A DNA stretch of 63,262 nt, the filler included, from Hyphochytrium catenoides (Eukaryota > Protista > Hyphochytriomycota): assembly GCA_900088475.1 (NCBI GenBank). It is 14 parts of 14 records of this genome, joined end to end, with 100 filler letters (N's around TTAATTAATTAA, not from the genome) between each part and the next. Parts side by side here need not be neighbours in the genome. Positions count along the whole stretch, not along the records: positions 13,004 to 36,293 come from FLMG01002843.1; positions 36,394 to 37,802 come from FLMG01002040.1; positions 37,903 to 43,248 come from FLMG01003014.1; 11 more parts are not named here. One strand, 5' to 3'. Every line of letters starts with the position of its first letter. The first letter of the stretch is position 1. The translations under genes and the position numbers were made by a program. The notes beneath the pieces are model-generated. The model was not told where the DNA came from. It ran no database searches and was given only the letters and a program-made list of their open reading frames with translations. Below are positions 26,806 to 39,539 of this stretch, piece by piece.

Positions 26806-27415
26806 GTCGAGATGGAGAGGGTCTCCTCCTGTGTGATAATGTCCGGTTGTCACTCCGCTCTTACCCCTGTCCTCCTTCCTTGATCGGCCGACAGTCTCGC
26901 CCGTCAAGTTCCCACTTTCCCTAGCCCTGGCAGATACTTTGCTGCTTGTCTCCGCCAGCTACAGCTTCTGAGCACTGTTTCCCCGATAGGAACTTTACTC
27001 CTGCCCTTGTCTCTCCTCACTGAGCTAGAGCCCTTGCCGATAGAGGAGAGACAGAGAATAAGACCCAGACGCTGGGCACTGATGCTGGAACTGCAGTAGC
27101 AGACTTCTCTTTGTCCCCTGTCAGCTGAAACCATCACCTTCCTCGTCCTTCCTCCTCCTCCCTCCTGTCTTGCTCCACTCTGCCTACCTTGCCGTCTGAC
27201 TCTGTCTCCCTCCCCTCACACAGCACAGTGTGGAGATAAACAGTACGGAGTAATAATAATACCTCCAGCTCCCCCACTGCCAGCACCGTCAACCCAACAT
27301 TTGCAGCGGCGAGACAAGCCCCAGAACAGGTGTGATAATATTCGTAAGAGGTAGGATCATCATCGTCAGAAGGCCCATACATTAGTTTGTTCTCTTCCTA
27401 CCATCACCATCGTGA

Positions 27416-27497
27416 GTCGGCGTGGCCGAGTGGTTAAGGCGCCAGCCTGCTAAGTTGGTGGGTTTCACCCGCGCAGGTTCGAATCCTGCCGCCGACG
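27416..27497 (+). tRNA. tRNA-Ser (anticodon GCT)
   Basis: Acceptor stem GTCGGCG/CGCCGAC, D arm TGGCCGAGTGGTTAAGGC, anticodon arm CCAGC-CTGCTAA-GTTGG, long variable arm, T loop GGTTCGAATCC, discriminator G, and downstream TTTT Pol III terminator. Confidence 0.96.
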
Positions 27498-28550
27498 AAA
27501 TCTTTTGTAACACTGTGCCTTGTTTGGAGAATCTGAAAATTAGTTTCGGAGTCCAACTTTTGCCGTGCAGTAATGAGTAGTTCTAGAACATGTACAGACA
27601 ATACTACTAACACTGATCACGACTTTTGTTGGGAAATGGTAGATGACCCTGCCTTGTGCTAACGCTAACCGTAGTGGACACTAATCAGTGCTAAGTCACT
27701 GGAGAGCGTTAATCCTAAGATATTACCTTTCGTCCGACACGTGTACGTACTATATCTACCCAAAACAGGAATTAGGAGTAGGATGATGAGTGGGCTATGA
27801 GCAACCTGATGAGTGCTAAATAATGACCGTAGCACTATTATCCATGTGGCGGTCTTCTTTAGTAGTAGAATAAGCAAAATGACTTGCAACAACAACTAGC
27901 AGACAATGGGCAACATCATCGGAGAGGATGATTGACGACCAGGAGGACACGACAAAGGAGGAAGAAAACGAACACGACGGAGACGAAGAACGAAATCATA
28001 GAAAAACGGTGCCTACTTCTGCTTCTTCTTTGTTGCTGTCGTCCTCCGCCCCGCCCGATGCTCGACTTCGGCTTTAATGTGGAGGTCGGTGCAACGATGA
28101 TTGAAGGAGAGAATGCAGAATGCGACCACCATCTATGGCCGATGATGAATTATGTCGAACAAGAAGAAGAAGAGAGCCAAAAGGGAGGTGCGTCTTGTAT
28201 TAATATTCTGCTCCTTTGCTCTTTTCTTCTCCTCCTCTGCTCAATTATTCTAACTGTTGCTTGTTGTTCCTCCTTCTGTTCTTCTCAAGTGCCCTTCTTC
28301 TTTAACTCCCAATGATAATCATTCATTGACTAGAAAATGAGAATGATTTCCTTATTATCCGCCCAGTTTTCATTGTTGATGGCAGGATTACGAAGGTGCA
28401 ATTACGGCAGCAGTGGCGGCGGTAGATGATAAGAAGTCCCAGAGCCGAAAAAGAGAGCGGAAGTGGTGGTGTGCAAAAGCAGGCAGTGCTAAAATGGTTT
28501 AATTAATGGTCCTCATCTTCCCCTAAAAATGTACCAGGTTTACTATTGGC

Positions 28551-28752
28551 ACGAGTAAATGTACTCAACGCGAGTACTTCATAGCCTGTGAGTATACTCA
28601 CACGTCCGATCCTTTCCCGGGAGGTACATACTCAAGTCACGAGTGTAGTTGTCATCGACGAGTAACTTAGTCATGGAGTCACGTGAAGTCATGCTATATG
28701 AGTAAAACTTACTCATAGCAGTACTCGAGTTAGCTCATAGCTTTGCTCATGC
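28551..28752. repeat. Array of GAGTA/TACTC inverted motifs and palindromes (probable DNA-transposon/MITE subterminal relic)
   Basis: Perfect palindrome TGTGAGTATACTCACA at 28587-28602, hairpin TATGAGTAA-aac-TTACTCATA at 28697-28717, ACTCGAGT at 28723-28730, and further GAGTA/TACTC copies. Confidence 0.5.
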
Positions 28753-29740
28753 TGCCGGGTTCTGAAATTCTTGACCGTACGGCTAAATACCCTTGAACTA
28801 CAAAAAACGCGACTATTATAAGGACCTCACCCACTGCGGCGGGCTCTTGGTCTTTCTCGAATGGGTAGTCGGGTTCGACGTGAGAGAAATATAAGAAGAT
28901 AACAAATGCCACCTACTTGCAACCAAGCTCGTTGCGGCATCAAGCAATATTCTCGCTCAGATGAGCGGCTCCTCATCGCAACCGCCAGTACCCGGCGAAT
29001 TTTCATTGTATGCGAGAGAGGAATGGTAGTTATCTCCAGAATAGCTGCACTTAGCGTAAGAAGACCAACAACAGGTCTCGAAGGAGTGTGAGAAGGTGTT
29101 TTCTTGTCTGTACCTTGGCTGGCAGGGCCAGTTCAGACGAGTATCTTCGCGGGCGCAGCAAGCAATAATTTTTGCTCAAGAGAGAAGAGTATTTAATGAA
29201 TATGAGGTGGTGAGGAAAGACTCCCAGGGAGGCGAGAGAGTGGGTCTACCTGAGAATCCAAAGAGAGAAGTAGTAACAGACAAGAGGAACTGGGTCAAGA
29301 GGGTAACCTAAGACATGGGAAGAGGAAGAATATTAAAGGCAAAAGAAGAGGAGGAGAATCTTCCATCTGAGCGTTTGTTGATTCCTCTAATTGGTGGGGC
29401 TCCCCCTTGTGAGGGTACAATCAAAGAGGAGAGGCGCATATCCCACACACCGGCCGGCCGTCGTCATCCAGCACGATCAGTGGTCCGTGATTGCCGAGGA
29501 AGTACACTTATAACACTGCACGTAAGAAGCGCCCAAACTCCCACCAGTTGGGAGGGCGTCCCATCTATTATTCGCATTCATTCTGTGTATTATGTGAAAA
29601 CTATACTCCGTACTTATATAACTGAGGATAGTAGCTACTACCAACTACTGCTCAAAAAAGAACAGGAGGCGGAGGAGATGCACGACAGGAGCTACCATTT
29701 ATTGACCCTTTTCAGAACTCTCCCCTCGTCTACTGTAGCA

Positions 29741-30196
29741 TGTAAGAAGAGTGAGTCAATGGGTTTGGCTAGGTCTTCGCTTCGGCTGGCCAGGCCTCGG
29801 CTCCGACAAAGCTCTGCAGAGGAAGACTTCTAAGGCGACTCTAAGGACTTTACTCTTAGATCAAATTTTATTGACTGATTTACATTGTGAGTAGAAGCAA
29901 GCCGATCTCAGGGAGAGCAGAGAGAGAAGGAGGGAGAAAAGGAATAGAACTACTAGAGATGAGAGCAGCCTCCTTCGTAGCAAGCGCTACGCTGATAGCC
30001 AACCAGTGGCCCAGGAGACTCGGACTACCCATCCTCGTAAGCTAGTTCCTCCAAAGCCCGCGGCGCTCTCGCCAGCGCCTTCTCCTATCCACCTCCTGGG
30101 CCCAGCGCTAGCTCCAAGAGATAAAGCGAGAGCTTGTAGTTGAGAGGAGTATATGGTACTACTACACCGGAGTATTCACATATAACACCCTTCCCC
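29741..30196 (-). mobile_element. 3' LTR (30187 to 29741) of an LTR retrotransposon with adjoining polypurine tract
   Basis: The minus strand reads AAAGGGGAAGGG (PPT) directly before TGTTATATGTG and ends ...CTTACA. It shares its start (TGTTATATGT) and an internal block (GAAGTCTTCCTCTGC...GAGGCCTGGCCAGCC) with the LTR at 32877. Confidence 0.7.
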
Positions 30197-31344
30197 TTTA
30201 AAAAGCTTCGCTGCCGGAGAGAACTAGTAAGCATCCTCCACTACTGCCGTCGTGGCAGTACAACCACCGTTGACCGTGGAGGCAGCAGCAATGATAGGAA
30301 TCATCGTCCTGATGGCAACAAGCGATTGCCAACAGCTTCTTCCTGCGAAGAAAAAGTTCGTCATGGATGGCGAGACAACTAGGCCACAACAGAAGCTCAC
30401 CACCACCCTTGGCTCTTTGAAGGAGTCCGTCCAGCAGCCAGCGCTGCCCGTTCTTCTTCAGAGAATAAGGGAGTCCTCCCACTTATCCCTTGGATAAGTA
30501 TCAATCTTCTAAACATGCTCATAAACACGAGCAGCAGTCACCAACAGTTCCGTGACTCCAACTAGAAGAGAGAGGACCATGTTCTCATCATACCGAGATG
30601 AGATAGTAGGTTCAATTCAGCCATGTTCTTCCAACACTATGAGGGCAGTACCAAACCTTTCCGTGACCCCGACCGAATAACCCGACTGTACAGCAACGCG
30701 AGAGACCTACTAACGAACCCCAGGATCGTTAGCCCACCTCATCATCCGGATGATGAGGTAGGAGTAGGTTCAGCTGCTCATTCATGTTTCTCAAACACTG
30801 TAAGGGCCGTCACCAAACCTTTCCGTGACCTCGACTGAACAACCTGACCGTACAGCGACACGAGAGAGACGTAACGACCCGCTGGTCGTCAGCCCGACAA
30901 GCTTAGGATCCTAGCCAGAGTCTGACCCTGACTTCCAATTGAGCAACTCCAGAGCCGTCATCCGGCCAGCGCTAACATCAACAACCGACTGCGTCTAAGC
31001 CGGCGGAGGCGCAGATGATGGGGGCTGCGATGGGTTCAGATCACATATAAATCTACATATCACTTTCAGACCAGGAATCAGTATGTTTGATGATCTTAGC
31101 AAGAGTAGGAGACGGAGGAAACAAGGAAAAGGAACCAAAAGTATCAGTCCTCTCTACCTGACCAGAGAAGGGTCCAACCACTCCTGAGAAGGTATATACT
31201 TCATCAACTGAAGCATATTTTATTTATGAAGAGCAAAAGCAATCGAATCGAGTACAAAAGCGTAAAACCTTCGAAGTATGCAAGGTCTTTGCCCGGGATC
31301 GTCAAGTGGGAGAGCTATCAATTACGAAACAGAAATGGGTTCTT

Positions 31345-31527
31345 GATGTTGGAATCTTATTGAGCGTATAACCCAGTGATGATGTAGGGGAATGAAAAGA
31401 AAAAATGTTTGGGACATTCTGAAATTCGAAACACAGACCTTCAGGTGATCACTCTGGAGTGCTACCACTAGGATGTTACACCAAAACCCAATGCGATGGA
31501 AAATTATTATCTTTCCTTTACCATCAG
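31345..31527 (+). repeat. Dispersed ~190-bp repeat, copy 1 (copy 2 at about 33563-33745)
   Basis: Shared blocks ATGTTGGAA, TGAGCGTATAACC, GGACATTCTG, ACAGACCT, ATCACT, TACCACTAGGAT and TTACACCAAA occur in the same order in both copies. Confidence 0.75.
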
Positions 31528-32876
31528 GGGAATGACAGTAAAGGTCCGGCCTCGATGTGTAGTCATGGTACACAGCAGCCATTACAATATCGGTGGAACT
31601 GCCTGACATTACAGTTCTCAAAATGACCCCTGAAAAATCTAGAGTATTCCCACCGTGATCTCTACTAGATTCACTTCCCGAACTGCGATAGTCACACAGA
31701 ACTGCGATAACTGACGCAATGGAATCACTTCCAGGGTTTCGAAATTGCATGCAATTTATCGTAAATCGCATACTTGCATGCAAATTGGGTGCAAATTTCA
31801 CGTGATCATCACGCAAGAAATATATCTCCGATCTGACTCCACTCTATACCTAGGACACCCATTAGCAATATCTTCAGCCTATAACGGATACGATACAATC
31901 TATTATCAGTGAGAGGGTGACTGAGGACCTTAAATATGGTTGTTCTCATCTTATTTACAACCACCATCGTGACTCGCTCTTTTCAATCACACCCCATAAT
32001 GTTAGCTACGGTTAGTAGTCCTAGCAGCTTAACTAAATTATCGCTCTTCTTCTCTCCCGTATCCTTTAGGAAGGAGGGCAAGGGGTGGAGAATGTCCCCC
32101 AATCTTATGTTGTTCTCTCCTGATGAACAATATCTTCTTCCTCCACAACCCTCAATCATGATATTTAACATTTGTTCCCTGATGTTCGTCATCATTTCAT
32201 TTGTGCCTCTGTTTCTTGCATATTCCCTAGGCGTTTGCTGCTCCTTCTGCTGCCATTTTCTTCTCCACTGTACTTGAAACACCCACCGTACACCTCCTGC
32301 CACCACCATCATCATTATCTTCATGATCATCCTGTGTTCCTTTGCTCTTTAGAAGGAGGAGGAGGGATGAGAATTTAGTCAACTCGGAAATAGCGCACGT
32401 CGTACTTCTTCTTAAGGCGTCAACTTATCTCTACGTAACAGAAGTGAGATGCAGTAATAGATCGATACGTTGATCATGAGGAGGAAATAAAGAATCAGCT
32501 AGAAAATATTCCCGCAAAGGAGGGGGAAGAAGGAGGGAAGAAGCCTACTAATGCCATCACCTTGCCTGCTGCTAGAAGGACGGGCGGCAGAGGATGATCA
32601 CTTTACTGCCACAGGCATGAAGCATCGTTCATTCCCAACATCACGGCAATCATCCAATCACCATGATCATCCTCGATAATTTCGCGAGGATAGTAGATAG
32701 ATCATGTGTTGTTGTACTTGTAATACCTAGATAGAAGACGTGGAAACATGTGTTTTATAATTTAGAGCATCTTCACATTTATGTCAAAGGGTAGGGTCTA
32801 CGGCTAACTATTAGGTATTAGGAGAAAATCACAGCTGTCTGGTTGGTTTAGAGCGGTATACCATTAGGAACGACAC

Positions 32877-33361
32877 TGTTATATGTATATCTCCTCTGAC
32901 GGCTGTTAACCACCTGATTGCGCACTGGACACGGATCGACCGGTGTATGTATGACCTCTCCTCTTTGAGAGGACTCTCAGGGCGGGTCGTCCCGGGCTAG
33001 AGTCGGCAACGAATGGCTCTGACGAAGAATGCTCTCTTCCTTTTCCCTTTCTTCCCTCTTTCTCTCTGCATGTTATCAGAATATCCTGTTGACACTACTT
33101 CTCTTGCATGTTACTCTTTTATCTCTGCATTTCTCTGGTAGACTGACTGACTCTCTCGCAAGGGAGACTCCCTCTTACCCTCTATATCTCAGTTAATAAA
33201 CTACTTTCTGAAGTAGAAGACCCTTTGCTACTTGCGTGTGTTCCCGCGAAGTCTTCCTCTGCGTGGTGCTTGTCTGAAGTGAGGCCTGGCCAGCCAAGGT
33301 ACAGACGGAGCACCTTCTTTCTCTCACCCTCTCGAGAGCTGCAGCAGCCTCTTAAATTACA
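32877..33361 (+). mobile_element. Solo LTR with 5-bp target-site duplication GACAC
   Basis: GACAC|TGTTATATGT...AATAAA...AAATTACA|GACAC, with TSD copies at 32872-32876 and 33362-33366. TG...CA termini and a polyadenylation signal are present. Confidence 0.85.
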
Positions 33362-34738
33362 GACACATACTTGTCATTCCGATGCCAAGTTTAGTTGATA
33401 AATGACATCTTTGTACTCTACCTCATCCCTCTCCGGGTGCAGTTTATGGTGAGATTTATTGGTGTGATAAATCGCAGCCGCAACCTGCATGTATTTTGCA
33501 GGGGTGCAACTTGCATTCTCGCAAAGGCTCGAAAAGCCTGCTCACTACAAAATGTTCACCATCATGTTGGAAATTGTAGTGAGCGTATAACCAGTGATAA
33601 GTAGAGGAAGGAATAGACAAAGTTTTGGACATTCTGGGATTCGCACAACAGACCTCCAAGTTATCACTTTGGCGTGCTACAGTACCACTAGGATATTACA
33701 CCAAATGCCCAATGGACACTAATATTTTCCTTCATATGATCAGGTGTAGGGTGAGAAGGGCTGGGAAAAGTCGGAATGGCATTATGTTAGGGCGATATGG
33801 CACTCTCTAGAGCATCTTCCAGCCAGGGGGAAAGATCCCACTCTGGGTCCTACGGAATCCCTGGAGTGGGTTTCTCACATCCCTTACACAGGGGACGATT
33901 GATAACGCCCTCGCTTCGGTAGAAGAGGTGCACTTTAATCGGCACGACTTTCTATCTCAGGCTTGGCTGTGGCCTGGACACTCTCACTCGGTCGGTCAGA
34001 CTCGCGTCATGACCATGTTCAGCCAGATCCTAGCTCCGCTGGTCGATCGATGAACTCCACGCGGCCGTGCAGTGCGCTAAGTTTGTTAATGCTTCTATGG
34101 GAAAGCACTGCAAGAATTTAAAGCGCTACGCCCTCAGAGCCCAAAACCCACCCGCTTGAGCAGTCGTAAAATCCGGGATAATGAAGAGGATATATTGAAT
34201 AGGAGCTCAACGACATCATGTAAGCAGGCATCGTGCTGTAAAGTAGGACAGATTTTGAGAAGGATGGGTGGGCGAACCAAGAATTGAGCTTGGCAAAATT
34301 CTAAAAAGACGTTCGCCAAGGATTGCCTTCATCAATAGAGTTACCCAGTTCCTTTCTCATAAATTAGTCAAGAAGGTGCTTAATGATTATATTCCTACAG
34401 GTGGTGCCGCTTTTTATTCAGCGTAGCGATTAACGTGCACCTCTTCTATTGTAGTCATCAACACTTGACGCTGATAACAATGTTCTTCACACTTTTTACC
34501 TAGCGCTGAAGCAATCAGACAATGTGGATTTCTCTGGAATTTTGACGCGTTTCTTAAAGAGGCTAGAAAACAACATCATCTCGCCAACCTCGCTGCTCAA
34601 CGTACACCAAGAAACCTGTGCAGTGGAAACCCAAGAATCGACTTATTTCTTTCTAGCGGGTCTACAGCATGCGGGGAGGTGTTGAATGTTCAGGTTTAAT
34701 CCTTCACTTTGTGAGTTCGAGCTGCGGCAGGTGTTGGA

Positions 34739-34850
34739 TGTTGAAAGCAGCCGAAGCTGACAAAGCTCTTAAAAGGCTCTCAGTTCCAGACTCTACCTCG
34801 AGAGGGAGACGACACAAACACCACCACAGTGTTTCAGAGTTATAGCAACT
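34739..34850 (+). mobile_element. Short copia-type LTR-like relic related to 35460-35565
   Basis: Starts TGTTGA. Shares GAAGCTGA..AAAGCTCT..GCTCTCAGTT..CTCTACCTC..GACACAAA..AGTGTTTCAG with the sequence upstream of the gag at 35578. Confidence 0.5.
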
Positions 34851-35459
34851 AGGTTATCATTACAAGGTAAGTCATCATGGGAAGCGAAGAAACAGCAACT
34901 TGGGTCTTGTAGACTAACTAGAACAACTAAACAACATGATAAGTAGAAAAAAGGGTCCCATATGCTCTCCATTATTCCCATTTGACCATATTAGTAGACC
35001 ACGTAACTCAAATGAGAGTGTCTTCAAAATCCCATATAATGTGATGAAATTTACAGAGCTGGATGGCAGTGCCTGAAGCTTCTGTAGGAGTACAATAATG
35101 TAGATGAGACGAAAACAACGGGATTGGGGATTCATATATTAGGTTTCTTTGAATGCTTAGTGATAAGCTCGATCTCGTCTTCTCCCAAGATCTTTGCTCG
35201 TCCCAGCTTCCCTCATCATCTCTCTCTCCTGTGCTGCTCCGGTGTTCACAAGGAAGAGTTCACGCAATTCTTCTCCTCACACCTCTCTCTCCCATATCAC
35301 AGGTGTACCCGTAACGTCTATGTTCCTGAGAGCTAGATGCGTACAGAGAGTGACTAAGTTTCTACTACTGACAACAAGCATTGTAGTACTCAACACTCCC
35401 CCTATACCTAGCTTCTCTGGATCACCAGTGGTTACGGTCGAATTAACTCACCAAAATGT

Positions 35460-36293
35460 TGTTGAGAGCTGAAGCTGAAAAAGCTCTGATGAAAAAGCTC
35501 TCAGTTGCAGCCTCTACCTCATAAGAGAGAAAAGACACAAAACAAAGTGTTTCAGGGTTCTAGTAAGTAGTGTCAAAATGGAAGCCAATCTGGACGAGCT
35601 AGGTCTACTGGACCACATTACGGATCCCGAACCCTCTGGAGCCTCTACAGCGGACACTAAAAAGGAGGACAAGAAAACCGCAGGACATGAACAGGACTCA
35701 AAATGGCTCAGGGATGCCAAGAAAGCCTACAACAAGATTGTCCTTGCCGTGTCCGACAACCTCGTGCGCTTCTTACCAAGAAAGGGAACTGCCAGGGAGG
35801 CATGGTTGAAATTGCAAGAGGAGTTTGAGAGCCGCAATGTCAACAATATTGTGACAACCCTCATCTCTTTCCTTACCACCAAACATAGGGATGGAGATGA
35901 TCTAAGAACCTTCCTGAATGAGCAACGCAGACAATGCGATTGCTCAAAGAGATGATGACCAACGAAGACTTCAGTGACAAGCTCCTCATTGCATCCATCC
36001 TAATGGGATTGCCAGTATCATTTCGAGGCACTGTGGAAGCAATTCAGGTCCGAGGCACTGGCACTCTGACTGCTGATCAAGTGGAAGAGATTCTCATCAA
36101 TGAGATTAATCGCCGTAGAGCTGTAGCTGCGCAGCAGGAGGCTACTACCGGTGAAAGAGGAGCTTATCACACCGAACGCCCGGATCCTCAGAAAGGAGAT
36201 CCCGGAAAAGGAAGACGGAATCCTTGTCCTCATTGCAATGGACGGACCGGACCCATCGTGCAGAACTATGTTGGGAATTGGAGGCCAATGCTC
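35460..36293 (+). mobile_element. Ty1/copia retrotransposon 5' end: LTR-like leader and frameshifted gag (35578-36293), truncated by contig end
   Basis: MEANLDELGLLDHI...WLRDAKKAYNKIVLAVSD...TAREAWLKLQEEF...; after a frameshift at about 35935, LLIASILMGLPVSFRGTVEAI...LINE and a zinc-knuckle remnant CPHC. This is the typical copia gag (UBN2-type) pattern. Confidence 0.85.
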
Positions 36294-37223
36294 NNNNNNN
36301 NNNNNNNNNNNNNNNNNNNNNNNNNNNNNNNNNNNNNTTAATTAATTAANNNNNNNNNNNNNNNNNNNNNNNNNNNNNNNNNNNNNNNNNNNNGGGGGGG
36401 GAAGAGAGGGAGGAAGGGAGAGAGGGGAGAGAGAGACACACAGAAACAGAGCGAGATAGAGGAGAGAAGAGAAAGAAAGAGAAGGAAAAGAGAGAGAGAG
36501 AAGGAAAAGAGAGAGAAGAGCAACGAGAGAGAGAAGGAAAAAAGAGAAAGAAGAGCAACGAGAGATAGAAGGAAAAAGAGATAGAAGAGCAAAGAGAGAG
36601 AAGGAAAAAAGAGAAAGAAGAGCAACGAGAGAAAGAAGGAAAAAGAGAGAGAAGAGCAAAGAGAGAGAAGGAAAAAGGGGAAGAGAAGGAGAAAGAGAGA
36701 GAGAAGGAAAAAGAGAGAGAGGAGAGAACGAGAAAAAGAGAAGGGACAGACAGAGAGAGAGNNNNNNNNNNNNNNNNNNNNNNNNNNNNNNNNNNNNNNN
36801 NNNNNNNNNNNNNNNNNNNNNNNNAAGAGAGAGAAAGAGAGAGAAAAAGAGAGAGAAAGAGAGAGAGGAGAAAGGAGGGAGTGAGGGTATAGAAAAGAGA
36901 GGGAGAGGGGGAGAGAGAGGAAGGGGACGAAGAGGAAGACGGAAGAAAGAGGGAGACAGGGGAGGGAGAGAGGAGAGCGGAGAGCGGAGAAGGGACGGGA
37001 GAGAAGAGGGAGGGGAGGGAGAGAGAGGGTAAAGAGAAATGTTAGCGATAAAGAGAAAGTCCGTAGACTGAAGGGGGAGAGAGGAGGGGGGCGAAGAGGG
37101 ATGGAAGAGCAAAAAAGGGAGAGAAAGAGAGAAAGGAGAAGAGAGAGGAGAAAAGGGATGACACCAAGAGAGAGAAAGAGAGAGAGGGAGGGAGAGAGGG
37201 AGGGAGAGAGAGAGGGAGAGAGA

Positions 37224-37284
<61 letters not shown>

Positions 37285-37439
37285 AGAGAAACGACAGCAA
37301 GCAGGGTAGATCGAAGTGAGCGGAACAGTTAATAAGGACAAAAATGAACGAAGAGAAACAGCAAAATAGTAACAAAAGCCATAAGGAGGGAGAGAGAGGA
37401 GAATTTGAGAGAGAAAGACGAACAACCACAGGGTCCTTA

Positions 37440-37478
<39 letters not shown>

Positions 37479-37482
37479 TGAC

Positions 37483-37569
37483 CTTGGCTCCATGTGCCTT
37501 ACAGACTCCTCCCTTGACGGAGACTCTGACACAATCAGAAACACTGCATGGCCGCCTGCTACTGGTGTA
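37483..37569 (-). CDS. Isolated exon encoding a WRKY19-type C-x4-C...C-x2-H-G zinc finger
   Basis: CAG|YTSSRRPCSVSDCVRVSVKGGVCKAHGAK|GTCAG. An 87-nt phase-0 exon within microsatellite introns. Confidence 0.7.
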
Positions 37570-37757
37570 CTGAGGAGGGAGAGAGACTTCTGGAGTAGGA
37601 GAGAGAGAAACCCACTTCTGGAAAGGGAGGGAAGGGAGAGAGAGAGAGGAAGAGAGACACAGAGAGAGAGGATGGTAGAGAAAGAGAGAGGGAAAGGGAG
37701 GGAGGTGAAGAGAGAGACAGAGAGAGAAAGAGAGTTTGAGGGCGGGAGGTGGAGAGC

Positions 37758-37791
<34 letters not shown>

Positions 37792-39539
37792 GCGAGCGAG
37801 AGNNNNNNNNNNNNNNNNNNNNNNNNNNNNNNNNNNNNNNNNNNNNTTAATTAATTAANNNNNNNNNNNNNNNNNNNNNNNNNNNNNNNNNNNNNNNNNN
37901 NNGCTTCAAGTTTCCTCTGGCAGTAAGGGAGAAGACTATCATGCGATAGGAGGTCCAGAAGGTTCGGAACTGTGGAGGAATGCGTGTTCAGACAAAGGGT
38001 GATGTCTGGAGGAACCAAAGTCTGCGGCATTGGCAGAGCACGAGAAGCACACAGATGCATCCCCGAAAAGCGAGCAAATGAACAGCTGGCGAAGAGAAGC
38101 AATGTAGAGCATGGTGCTTGAACAAATTAGCTGTCTGGGCAGCGTCATAGAGCCGGGAAGAGTTCAATGACCTGGACAGAAGAGTACTAGCACTTCGTGA
38201 CAACCACAAGCTTTCCGCTGGTGCGAGACTGACCAACTTTCAGGTCTGTATGCCTTGTTTCACTTGTCCGCGGCTTCTTGACTCATAACGTACAAATAAG
38301 GAGAGACCATACCTATTACACTTTGTTAAGGCTCCTATGTCATCGCTATACGTCGTTGCTCCTGGTTTGGGCAGAGCGCCCGACGCCGTGTCATCAGCAA
38401 TAGGAATAGTGGCAGGAATGGGCTTCCCGGTGCTTGTTAAGTAAAGATTTGCCTTGGTGCTTCCAAAGACTCGCAGTTTCGCTTCATGCCACACTCTAAT
38501 GAATAGTCAATAATAACACGAGCAATAGCTTCTATGAGGGTCATGGCACAGGGCTGTAGTTTAAGAGTACTGCCAACTACGTTACTATCGACCTATGCAA
38601 GCTCCAGGTCTATCAAGGGAATGCCAAGGAGTCCGCTCTCAACGAGGCAAAGACTACAAGAAGTCATAGCTTTATGTTACTGCTGTTGTTACTATTAATA
38701 GGAGCAAAGTCTCCAGTGCCTTTGTTCGCTCTTCCGCTGATTGGTGTGCACACTGCTTTCTTTCAATATCTAGCTTTAGCCAAGCCATGAATGGGGCTCA
38801 TCGGCAGAGCGGAGGCTGCGAGAGCTCACACATTAGACGGATACCTCACTACGCTAAGATCGGTGAGTTCATCAGGCAGGACAACATGAGCAAGAGAGGC
38901 CGCACCATCATTGGGTTACTAAGAGACTGGAAGGGCAAGGCAATGACTCCGCGGATCATGAGAAGACCCAGATTGGCCGCAGCGACAGCGAAGGCGGCGA
39001 AGGCGGCAGTCCAAGCTTCGCATTCTCTCCCATCCTTCACTCACATCCGTTTCGAAATAAACCAAACGTCATTTGTTACCGTAACTTTCAAACTATTCTT
39101 ATGGTTAAAAGCAGGTTTGGTTGCTTTCATATCTTTCTTGGTGAAATATTGAAGGGATGCGAATCACCATCTTCGCAGCAAGAGCTCACGATGTTCACCC
39201 GATGGCGGGGAGACTTTCTTGCCTGGCCTGTCGATGCTCGGTAGAGAAGAGATGACAGTGATAGTCACAGAGAAGCATTGAGAGGATGCTACGTGGTCGC
39301 CAATAGCTTGCAGGGCCTTACGGTTTGCCTTGGCTAGCGCAGAGAAGGTGACGCGAGGTCAATAGCGATGCTTGCCAAGGTTCAAGGTACTTTAAGGCTC
39401 TTGTCCACAGCTTTTATTTCCATTTCTCACCTGCACCTACATTGGACTTCAAGGATCCTAGGTAAACTTGCTACTCAGATTTCTAGGCTTAATCAGTCGT
39501 CCAAGCAACCTTACTGCTGAGAAAGCAAGAAGATCCACA

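Noticed and set aside
37903-39240. Possible minus-strand gene upstream of the Jupiter-motif gene
   Set aside because: It looks coding-like, but exon phases and product could not be established.
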